Below, piece by piece: positions 1 to 7,620 of a stretch of DNA of 64,000 nt. Made by a program: the position numbers and the translations under genes. Origin of the DNA: an uncultured archaeon (lineage in GTDB: Archaea > EX4484-52 > JAADEF01); assembly GCA_964407715.1 (NCBI GenBank), contig CAYOWP010000004.1:9668-73667 (forward strand), in the 5' to 3' direction. Below the pieces are notes generated by a model that made no database searches, had not been told where the DNA came from, and saw nothing but the letters and a program-made list of their open reading frames with translations. Position 1 is the first letter of the stretch, and each line of letters starts with the position of its first letter.

Positions 1-236
1 AATAAAATCACCAATGCAAAGAGCATTGAAATAATCAAAGAGATAATTGGTCTAAAAACAGAAAACAATAAGATGAGAAATAAAAATATTAAAATGATAA
101 ATATAGAAAAAAGATATTTAAAACATACACATGCTCCTCTTCTTATAATTCTATACAATGACTCTGTTTTGATTTTGACCATAATACTAAGTATTGTAAA
201 AATATTTAAATACTTCTTTCCAAATTAGAGAATTTT

Positions 237-932
237 ATGGTTAAGCAAAACAAAGATTCGCACATAAAATTCATATTTTTTATAAGTGTTATTTACACAT
301 TGTCAATTATTGCACTTACATTTTCTATTACATATTACTTGGATCAAATAAAGATAAGGGAAGTGCTTTATGATTATAAATATGAGGTTCTAACAATAAA
401 TGAGTATGATTTGTTTACAGAATATTTGGACAATTATTTCAAAAAGAATAAATCTTTTTATTGTGAATATGCATATCCGTTATTGGATAGCCTAACTGAA
501 GATATAAAAAGATTGGGAATAAAACTATCAAAATATGGAAAATCCTCTTCATCTCTCTCTGAGATTGACTATGATTACTTAAAGAGAAAATATTATCTTG
601 TTATGCTTAAAGAATATAATATATTGTGGAAAATAAAGGCAAGATGCAACAATATAAATATAGGCGTGTTCTTTTTCAAAAAGGATCACGAGCCCTCTCT
701 GATTATGGGAAGGGTTTATGAGGAGGTATCTAAGAGGATAAATAACACTTATATTCTCTCATTTGATATTGAATATGAAGATATAGCTCTTTTAAATTAT
801 CTTAAAAGCATATATTCATTAAAGAATTCAGATGCTCCTGTATTCATACTTAACGACAAATGCATAATAAAAGGGGTTAAAAGCATAGATGAAGTGATTA
901 AATATATAAATGAGAATAAATGCTTAAAATAA
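237..932 (+). CDS. hypothetical protein with N-terminal membrane anchor
   Basis: 231-aa ORF; hydrophobic stretch FIFFISVIYTLSIIALTF near N-terminus; no recognisable catalytic motif. Confidence 0.35.
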   Translation: MVKQNKDSHIKFIFFISVIYTLSIIALTFSITYYLDQIKIREVLYDYKYEVLTINEYDLFTEYLDNYFKKNKSFYCEYAYPLLDSLTEDIKRLGIKLSKYGKSSSSLSEIDYDYLKRKYYLVMLKEYNILWKIKARCNNINIGVFFFKKDHEPSLIMGRVYEEVSKRINNTYILSFDIEYEDIALLNYLKSIYSLKNSDAPVFILNDKCIIKGVKSIDEVIKYINENKCLK

Positions 933-965
933 AACATTTAAAAATCACAACAATACCTTTAATAT

Positions 966-2036
966 ATGACACATAATTTAGAGGAAATATTAAGCAAAAT
1001 CTCCTCTATAATAGATAAAAAGAACAGCATACCTAAGGGATATGTAGAGTTAGAAGATATTATGATGGCTGATTCTGAGCAGGACCCGCTTTATGATAAA
1101 AAACCATTTAAAGAAATAAACGCATACAATCTAGATGACATAAAACATCTTAAGATGGATATAGAGTCTTCTCTTTTTGGTGTTGATGGAAGCAGCAAAA
1201 GTGTAGTAGATACAAATGAGTTTGCGATTTTAATGTGTAGGATAGTAGGTACAAATCTCAAAAAAAGATATATCTCTGAATATATTTCCTTTGCATATCT
1301 TGAAAATGAAAAGGAATATGTATTGGAGCATTATTTTATAAGAGGAATGAGATTATTTGATGATGGAAAAATAGGAAATTTTGATGCATATGATACGAGA
1401 TATACATTCAAAGGCAAACGTGCTGATCCAAAGGAAATAGCATCTATTCTACGTAAATTTGGAGAATGGAAGATAGTGGAGAAAATAATGGAGGAAGAGG
1501 AAAATGCTATCATAATCAAAGATGGAGGATTACACTCAACAGTAAAAGAAGAATCTCATCTCATTAATGAAGTAATCAAAAAGCAAAGAGATAATCTCTT
1601 TGCAGGATTAATTAAAAATAACCTGTTGATAACTACGACTGGTAGAAATCTGATTTATGATGCCATGATATATGTTGAATCGAAATATGAATATAAGAGA
1701 TGGTTGTTTGGAGAGATTGCCATAGGAAAATATGATATTCACCCTGCTAAGATATTTATAGCAAAATTTCATGAGAGTTCAAGACCTTATAGAATAGACA
1801 TCCCTAAATCCTTAGAAAAGGATAATGTGATTGAGTTAATAAATGCTATATCTCTCTATACTAATGATAGCGATTTTTTGGGATATCCATATATCTTGGT
1901 AATGGCTGATAGGGAGAGCAATATAAAGGATCACGAAATTATTAAATATAAGAATGCTCTCCTGTATAAATCAAAGAAACTAAGAGAAATGGACAAGTTG
2001 TTTGAGGATATACATAAAATGTTATGGAAAATGTGA
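966..2036 (+). CDS. hypothetical protein, possible NurA-like nuclease fold
   Basis: 356-aa ORF; FGVDGSS motif resembles NurA motif I (xxDGS); no HerA partner nearby, so the call is weak. Confidence 0.3.
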   Translation: MTHNLEEILSKISSIIDKKNSIPKGYVELEDIMMADSEQDPLYDKKPFKEINAYNLDDIKHLKMDIESSLFGVDGSSKSVVDTNEFAILMCRIVGTNLKKRYISEYISFAYLENEKEYVLEHYFIRGMRLFDDGKIGNFDAYDTRYTFKGKRADPKEIASILRKFGEWKIVEKIMEEEENAIIIKDGGLHSTVKEESHLINEVIKKQRDNLFAGLIKNNLLITTTGRNLIYDAMIYVESKYEYKRWLFGEIAIGKYDIHPAKIFIAKFHESSRPYRIDIPKSLEKDNVIELINAISLYTNDSDFLGYPYILVMADRESNIKDHEIIKYKNALLYKSKKLREMDKLFEDIHKMLWKM

Positions 2037-2042
2037 AGTGCT

Positions 2043-3428
2043 ATGGAAGAGAGAATATTCAAGGCATATGATATAAGGGGTTTGTTTGAAAAAGAAATAG
2101 ATTTGGATGATATAGAAGATATCTTCTTTTCGATATTGGATGTGTTCAAACCTACAACAATCTCAATAGCTCATGATGCGAGGAAAGAAAACATAATGAT
2201 ATATGAAAAAGTGAAATCTCTTTGTGAGAAGATAAATAATATCCAGGTGTTCTTCTTAGGGAGAGTGCCAACAACAATCTTTTATATTTATAACAAATTA
2301 AAAAATATAGATATTGGCATAATACTTACAGCATCACATAATCCTAAGGGATATATAGGAATAAAGATTGTTAAAAAAGGAGAGAGCATTTCTCCGGGTG
2401 ATTTAAAGAAGATAAAGGAAATTGCATTTGAATACAAAAAAAAGAAAAAATTTGAGATCAAAGACACTAAAAACAAAAGCATTAGAGAGATAAGTTTAGA
2501 TGAGATTTTGGAGGTGTACTTCGAATATTTAGTGAATTCAATTCCATTAAAATACAAAAGAATCTCAGGAGATCCTCCAAAGATAATATTTGATGTGGCA
2601 TCAGGATCTTTTTCAAGCCCTTTTATAGAGGGTTTCCTATTGAGGTTAAAAGAACTTGTAAACATTGAATATGATCTCATTAATCATGTGGATGACAAAG
2701 GAGAATTTAAATCTCATCCTCCAGATACATCAAATATAAACAATTATAGAGATCTCATAGAGAGGTGCAAAGCAAATAGATCCTGGGGAATCGGCTTTGA
2801 TGGGGATGGTGATAGAATACTCGTGGTTGATCCAAGAGGAATTGTATACCCATCAGAATACATAGCATATCTAATAAGCAAATATTATGAATTTAAAAAT
2901 ATCCTTATTGAGGTTTCTGTATCAAAATATGTGAGTGATCTCATGGAAAAAGAAGGGATGAACATAAAGATGATCAGAACAGGGCATATTTTTATGGAGG
3001 AAAATATGAAAAGTTGTGGAATGGAAATTGGTGTGGAGAGATCAGGGCATTTCTATTTTAAAACAAGAAAATATGGTTATGTTGAGGATGCTATTTTAAT
3101 AATGGTACTCTTTCTCTTTGTTATCTCAGATACTGCTGAGAGAGAAAAAATCATGGAAAATAGTGTTAGGGATTTAAATTATTTTTATGATGTTAAAAAG
3201 ATAGATTTTGAGGGCGGTTTCTTAGCTATTAAAAACACAATAAGGGATCGCTTCAGAGAATGCAATATCATAGAGATAGATGGAATAAGAGTTGAATGCG
3301 ACAAGCATGGTTTCTGGTTTCTTATAAGAAAATCAAATACAGAAGACATTGTAAGGATCATAGTTGAGAGCAAAAGCAAAGAAAAATTGGATGAGATAAG
3401 GGAAGAGCTATTGTCTCTTATCAGATAA
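2043..3428 (+). CDS. phosphoglucomutase/phosphomannomutase family (phosphohexomutase)
   Basis: Active-site loop TASHNP (phosphoserine), metal-binding GFDGDGDR and sugar-binding GMEIGVERSGH motifs; 461 aa. Confidence 0.8.
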   Translation: MEERIFKAYDIRGLFEKEIDLDDIEDIFFSILDVFKPTTISIAHDARKENIMIYEKVKSLCEKINNIQVFFLGRVPTTIFYIYNKLKNIDIGIILTASHNPKGYIGIKIVKKGESISPGDLKKIKEIAFEYKKKKKFEIKDTKNKSIREISLDEILEVYFEYLVNSIPLKYKRISGDPPKIIFDVASGSFSSPFIEGFLLRLKELVNIEYDLINHVDDKGEFKSHPPDTSNINNYRDLIERCKANRSWGIGFDGDGDRILVVDPRGIVYPSEYIAYLISKYYEFKNILIEVSVSKYVSDLMEKEGMNIKMIRTGHIFMEENMKSCGMEIGVERSGHFYFKTRKYGYVEDAILIMVLFLFVISDTAEREKIMENSVRDLNYFYDVKKIDFEGGFLAIKNTIRDRFRECNIIEIDGIRVECDKHGFWFLIRKSNTEDIVRIIVESKSKEKLDEIREELLSLIR

Positions 3429-4010
3429 CAAACCTTCAGCAGCTCTCTTTGCTTCCTCATAGAGGTTCTCTAATGTCTTATAGAAAAGTTCTATGTTTCC
3501 CTCTTTAAAAGCCTTCTTAAATTTTTCCATTTCCTCATCAGTGGGTTGCCTCATTTTTTTCTCATGTATTTCTATATTGTGAACATATGTTCTATATCTA
3601 TCCTCAGGATCCTCAAATCCTCTCCAAAGAAAACTCATATATATGGATTCGGCAGATACTTCTTTAGCAAAATATAATCCGCAAATGAGAGTGTTGAGGT
3701 GGTTATCCCCACAGGAATAAACATCAAATCCTGCATATTCCTTTTCAGGCCAGGTATGTATTGAGATGTGTGATTGCTTGAGTATCAGGATTATGCTTGC
3801 TCCTCCTTTTTTTCCGCTAAAATTGACTACATATGAACTCATAACATCCAGGTTTGAAAGATCACATACCTCATATGCCTTGTCTAAAAGATATTTTGTA
3901 TCAGAAATCTTTTTATGATTACATCCCGAAAGTTCTGCTATGAGATGGTATCCATACTGCTTTGGCTTCTCAGCCCTCCCCAAATATCTCACAAATTTAT
4001 CATACTTCAT
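3408..4010 (-). CDS. speH: pyruvoyl-dependent S-adenosylmethionine decarboxylase proenzyme (SpeH class) with ~75-aa C-terminal extension
   Basis: YGYHL...SHISIHTWPE...GFDVYSCG signature of class 1b AdoMetDC; 200 aa versus ~125 aa typical. Confidence 0.7.
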   Translation of the reverse strand: MKYDKFVRYLGRAEKPKQYGYHLIAELSGCNHKKISDTKYLLDKAYEVCDLSNLDVMSSYVVNFSGKKGGASIILILKQSHISIHTWPEKEYAGFDVYSCGDNHLNTLICGLYFAKEVSAESIYMSFLWRGFEDPEDRYRTYVHNIEIHEKKMRQPTDEEMEKFKKAFKEGNIELFYKTLENLYEEAKRAAEGLLSDKRQ

Positions 4011-4056
4011 AAAGTTAATTATAATATAAGGAAATTAAATATATTTTTTTAGAAAT

Positions 4057-4557
4057 TTACCATTTCCATCCTTCTTTTCTCATCAATCCAATAATATTTG
4101 TACATTCAACTCCAAATTGCTTACAAACAAAGGGAATATTAACCTTGTTTGGTCTAAATCTCTCTTCTGTGATTATTACCCTTACTTCAACTTTTGGTAC
4201 TAATTTGTATTGTTTTTCTTTTTCCAAAGCTAACGCTATAAGCCAAGGATCAGCATCTATCTCTTTATCGGTGTCTATTATTCCTGGAAATTTGGCAGTG
4301 ATATCTTTCATAATCTTTATTTGTTGAGGTGTAATATCTTTAAACATAGTCCTTCTTTCTTTTGCCCACTTATATGCTGAATCATACTTTTTTGAAAGTT
4401 CCTTTAAAACAAATTTATGAGAGATTAATCTCTCTTCTCTAATAAGTCCATCTAAATTCTTCCATAATCTCGGAAAAATGTCTAAAGGATATAACCTAAA
4501 TAAATCTATTATCGAACATGTGTCTATAATATATATGAATCTCTTGGTATGGTTCAT
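4057..4557 (-). CDS. DUF4411 PIN-like protein (putative toxin component)
   Basis: 166 aa; N-terminal IIDTCSIID acidic PIN-like motif and FPRLWKNL motif typical of DUF4411; 5-nt gap to upstream ImmA gene. Confidence 0.55.
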   Translation of the reverse strand: MNHTKRFIYIIDTCSIIDLFRLYPLDIFPRLWKNLDGLIREERLISHKFVLKELSKKYDSAYKWAKERRTMFKDITPQQIKIMKDITAKFPGIIDTDKEIDADPWLIALALEKEKQYKLVPKVEVRVIITEERFRPNKVNIPFVCKQFGVECTNIIGLMRKEGWKW

Positions 4558-4562
4558 CCTTA

Positions 4563-5723
4563 TTACCTCCTAAGAAAAGAAAGTATTTTCTCGTAATGGT
4601 TAGATTTTATCCCCAGATATTCCAAAGCTTGATCAAATGTTATATTTCCTTTTTCAAGATTCACTTCAACCAAGGAGATAAACTTCTCACCTTTTTCAAC
4701 TATACACCTTTTATATGGTGGTAAAAATCCTTCTTTTTCAGCAAATTTCTCCTTTCTTATCATTTCCTCATATTTTTCTTTAGTTAAATAACCCAACTTT
4801 ACCATATTGTAAAGTAGCATGCCTTTACTGATTTTATATCTTTTAGACAATTTTCTTAGCGTATCTTTTTCAAAAAGCACTGTTTTGTTTTCATCAAATA
4901 TTTTCTTAGCTATTTTTTGCGGAAATAAAAATTCAGAAGCAAAATCATTGCACCATTTTTCTATCTTGTTAATTTTTATTTTATCCAATAATGACAAGGA
5001 TTCCTCAGGTAAATCTATTCCAGATCTTTTTAGTAAAATATGCCCAAATTCATGAATAAGCGTGAATAATCTTGGTTCGACCTTTTCTTTGGAGTTTATA
5101 ACGATTACGAAAGGTTCTTCATCCGCTAGCGTAAATCCACGAGCATCTTCAATAGGCATTGGAATTTGAAATACGAAAATATTCAAATTTTCAATCTTTT
5201 TTCTGAGAAAATTGAATGCCTCATACGCATTTCTCCATCTTGTTTGAACTTCTTCATCTATTCCAAAATCATCCCTATATTCTTTAGCTATTTCTAATGG
5301 ATCTTGTTCTATGCTAACATGTTTTATGGTTGGCTTTGTACTTATTCCCAAATTTTCAAGTAAGCTCTTGGCAATTTTTTGTAATCTTCTTGCTAATCTA
5401 ATAGCCAAAAGAGTTTCTCTGCTAAAAACTCCTTCCTTATCTGGTAACATTCTATAATCCTTAGGTAGTGGTTTTTCTTTTGGTGGAGCCGGCAAGAAAA
5501 ATACAGATAAAGGCCTTTTAACATACTTAGCTAAATTTTCTAATTGTCTAAGAGTAGGTTTCTTCTCACCAATTAACCAAGCTTTTATATTCTCTTCCGA
5601 AACTTTGAGCTTTTTACTTAGCTCTTCAACTGTCCATCCAGAGGTCTCAATAGCCCATCTGAGCACTTCTGGCTTAACCTCAACCTCAAATGTTTTGGTT
5701 GTCATTTTTTCATCCCCTTTCAA
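4563..5723 (-). CDS. HTH (XRE-like) domain fused to ImmA/IrrE family zinc metallopeptidase
   Basis: N-terminal helix-turn-helix (WTVEELSKKLKVSEENIKAWL); HEFGH (HExxH) zinc-binding motif of the COG2856/ImmA family. Confidence 0.7.
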   Translation of the reverse strand: MKGDEKMTTKTFEVEVKPEVLRWAIETSGWTVEELSKKLKVSEENIKAWLIGEKKPTLRQLENLAKYVKRPLSVFFLPAPPKEKPLPKDYRMLPDKEGVFSRETLLAIRLARRLQKIAKSLLENLGISTKPTIKHVSIEQDPLEIAKEYRDDFGIDEEVQTRWRNAYEAFNFLRKKIENLNIFVFQIPMPIEDARGFTLADEEPFVIVINSKEKVEPRLFTLIHEFGHILLKRSGIDLPEESLSLLDKIKINKIEKWCNDFASEFLFPQKIAKKIFDENKTVLFEKDTLRKLSKRYKISKGMLLYNMVKLGYLTKEKYEEMIRKEKFAEKEGFLPPYKRCIVEKGEKFISLVEVNLEKGNITFDQALEYLGIKSNHYEKILSFLRR

Positions 5724-5937
5724 ACAATATACCTAACCAAGCAAATAACAAACCTAATATAAAGACTATTATCCTTTCACTAAAGTTTAGATTAGAAACA
5801 AAAATAGATATAACTATTGCTACAAATCCTAACAATACTGCCATAGCTGTCCCCGAAAGAATATTATTACTCATCTTTTTCACCTCCTCCACCAAACACC
5901 CACTAGCATAGGATTTTATTTTCTCTATCTGCTCCAT
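5710..5937 (-). CDS. small two-TM membrane protein
   Basis: 75 aa; two hydrophobic helices; overlaps the ImmA gene start by 14 nt, consistent with translational coupling. Confidence 0.3.
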   Translation of the reverse strand: MEQIEKIKSYASGCLVEEVKKMSNNILSGTAMAVLLGFVAIVISIFVSNLNFSERIIVFILGLLFAWLGILFERG

Positions 5938-6104
5938 TTTTCTAAGAATTTTATTAATTGCTTTATCTCATTTCTTGCCTCTGGTGGTATAATTATGTTA
6001 CTAGTAGTTTTCCAAGTACCATTCCATCTTGATTCTGCTATCGTAAAATAAAAATCAACAGGATGACTTTTTGAATTTATTATGACATGATTAGGTCTTT
6101 TCAT
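5925..6104 (-). CDS. possible 59-aa protein at the head of the ImmA/DUF4411 operon
   Basis: Hand-translated minus-strand ORF MKRPNHVIINSKSHPVDFYFTIAESRWNGTWKTT...; purine-rich GGATGGGAGAGG immediately 5' of the ATG; 13-nt overlap with the next gene; below the 60-aa cut-off of the ORF track. Confidence 0.3.
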   Translation of the reverse strand: MKRPNHVIINSKSHPVDFYFTIAESRWNGTWKTTSNIIIPPEARNEIKQLIKFLEKWSR

Positions 6105-6170
6105 CCTCTCCCATCCTTCACTGCCAAATCTCTCAAGAATTAGGAATTATATTTTATAAGATGGGTAAAA

Positions 6171-6199
6171 AATTTATAAATTTTTTGAATTCGGGAGGC
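6171..6199 (+). promoter_or_regulatory. TATA-like box (AATTTATAAATTTTTT) and GGGAGG ribosome-binding site upstream of the RNA methyltransferase gene
   Basis: A/T-rich TATA-like element ~40 nt and GGGAGG ~16-21 nt upstream of the ATG at 6214. Confidence 0.3.
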
Positions 6200-6213
6200 A
6201 TTTCAAAAGTATT

Positions 6214-7176
6214 ATGGATAACAAAAAAGAGAGCATACCGATTATTCCTTCTGAGTTCAAGGCAAGGTATCACAAACTTTTGGGCAAGGAAAACAAAACA
6301 TTCTTAAGATATTGCATGAAACCCCTAAAAAAGAGCATACGTCTCAATCCCATAAAAACAGATATTAAGGAAATCAAAAAAAGGTTAGAGGAAAAATATG
6401 GATGGAAACTCAAAAAGATTCCATGGTATAAATATGGCTTCTGGATAGAAAATGAAGATGTAAAGGAAGGTGTTGTTGGAAATACATTAGAACATTTTAT
6501 GGGATATTATTATGTGCAGGAAGCTGCATCAATGATTCCTCCTGTTGTTCTTGATCCAAATGAAGATGATTTAGTATTGGATATGTGCGCAGCTCCAGGA
6601 TCAAAAACAACACAAATATGTGAGATGATAAACAATAAAGGCACAATAATAGCAAATGATGTAGATATTCCAAGAATAAAGGCATTAAGGTTTAACATAG
6701 AAAAACTTGGATGTGCCAATGTTGTTGTTACAAGAATGGATGGAAGAGAATTTAGCAAAACTAAGTTGAAATTTGACAAAGTACTAGTGGATGCGCCATG
6801 CTCTGCAGAGGGTACAATACGAAAGGATTGGAAAGCATTATCAAGGTGGAGCATAAATCTAATAAAAAGCATTTCAGGATTGCAAAAGAAATTGATATTG
6901 GCTGCTTATGATTCTTTAAAGGAAGGTGGTACACTTGTGTATTCAACGTGTACTCTTTCTCCAGAAGAAAATGAAGGAGTCATAAATTATCTCATAGAGA
7001 ATAGAGAGGGAGTCAAAATAAAGAAAATAGATATTCCTGGGATTAAATATCATAAAGGAGTCGTTGAATGGGAAAAAGAAAAGTATTGCTCAGATGTAAA
7101 GAAAATAGCAAGAATATATCCACATGATAACGACACAGAAGGATTTGTAATAGCAAAAATTGTCAAGGAAACATGA
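6214..7176 (+). CDS. NOL1/NOP2/Sun-family RNA cytosine-C5 methyltransferase
   Basis: SAM-binding DMCAAPGSKT motif, catalytic PCS and TC motifs (DAPCSAEGT, YSTCTLSPEENE). Confidence 0.8.
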   Translation: MDNKKESIPIIPSEFKARYHKLLGKENKTFLRYCMKPLKKSIRLNPIKTDIKEIKKRLEEKYGWKLKKIPWYKYGFWIENEDVKEGVVGNTLEHFMGYYYVQEAASMIPPVVLDPNEDDLVLDMCAAPGSKTTQICEMINNKGTIIANDVDIPRIKALRFNIEKLGCANVVVTRMDGREFSKTKLKFDKVLVDAPCSAEGTIRKDWKALSRWSINLIKSISGLQKKLILAAYDSLKEGGTLVYSTCTLSPEENEGVINYLIENREGVKIKKIDIPGIKYHKGVVEWEKEKYCSDVKKIARIYPHDNDTEGFVIAKIVKET

Positions 7177-7205
7177 AAATTTTTATATGTTAACCTAATT
7201 TCAAA

Positions 7206-7500
7206 ACTTGGTTAAGAGGAAAGATAAGCTCGTAGGAGGTCATCCAACAGCAGCTAACCTTTTTGATTGGTTAGCTGCTCCTAAAGCCCTTGTGTTAGCG
7301 ATCTCCTCGCGTTAACCAGTTATTTTTAAAAAATGGTTAAGGGGAAAATGTCCTCTTAATGAAGCACATTGCAGCAGCTAACCTCAGAAAGCGGTTAGGA
7401 AGCTGCTAACCTCTTTGAGTGGTTAGCTGCTTCAAAACCTTTGGGAAAAGTGGTATCTTCGCATTAACCAATCTCAGATCAGTTGCATTTCGGGGTGTAA
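7206..7500. repeat. Repeat locus R1: GTTAACC hairpin plus AGCAGCTAACC/GGTTAGCTGCT hairpin family
   Basis: Perfect hairpin CAGCAGCTAACC-N9-GGTTAGCTGCTC at 7248-7280; CGCGTTAACCA...TGGTTAAGGGG hairpin at 7308-7344; further GGTTAGGAAGCTGCTAACC copies. Confidence 0.8.
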
Positions 7501-7528
7501 AACTTGTGGTATCAAATGCGTCAATTAA

Positions 7529-7603
7529 CGAGCCCGAGGGGATTTGAACCCCTGACCTGCAGCTTAGGAGGCTGCCGCTCTAACCAAGCTGAGCTACGGG
7601 CCC
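7529..7603 (-). tRNA. tRNA-Arg (anticodon CCT)
   Basis: Cloverleaf folded by eye: acceptor GGGCCCG/CGGGCTC, D-arm GCTC-AGCTTGGTTA-GAGC, anticodon arm GCAGC-CTCCTAA-GCTGC, T-loop TTCAAAT; 75 nt. Confidence 0.8.
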
Positions 7604-7620
7604 GTAACAACACAAGAAGA

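Noticed and set aside
6497-6946. Three overlapping minus-strand ORFs (61-120 aa) inside the NSUN methyltransferase gene
   Set aside because: Antisense to a gene with clear motifs. The composition is typical of shadow frames in AT-rich DNA.
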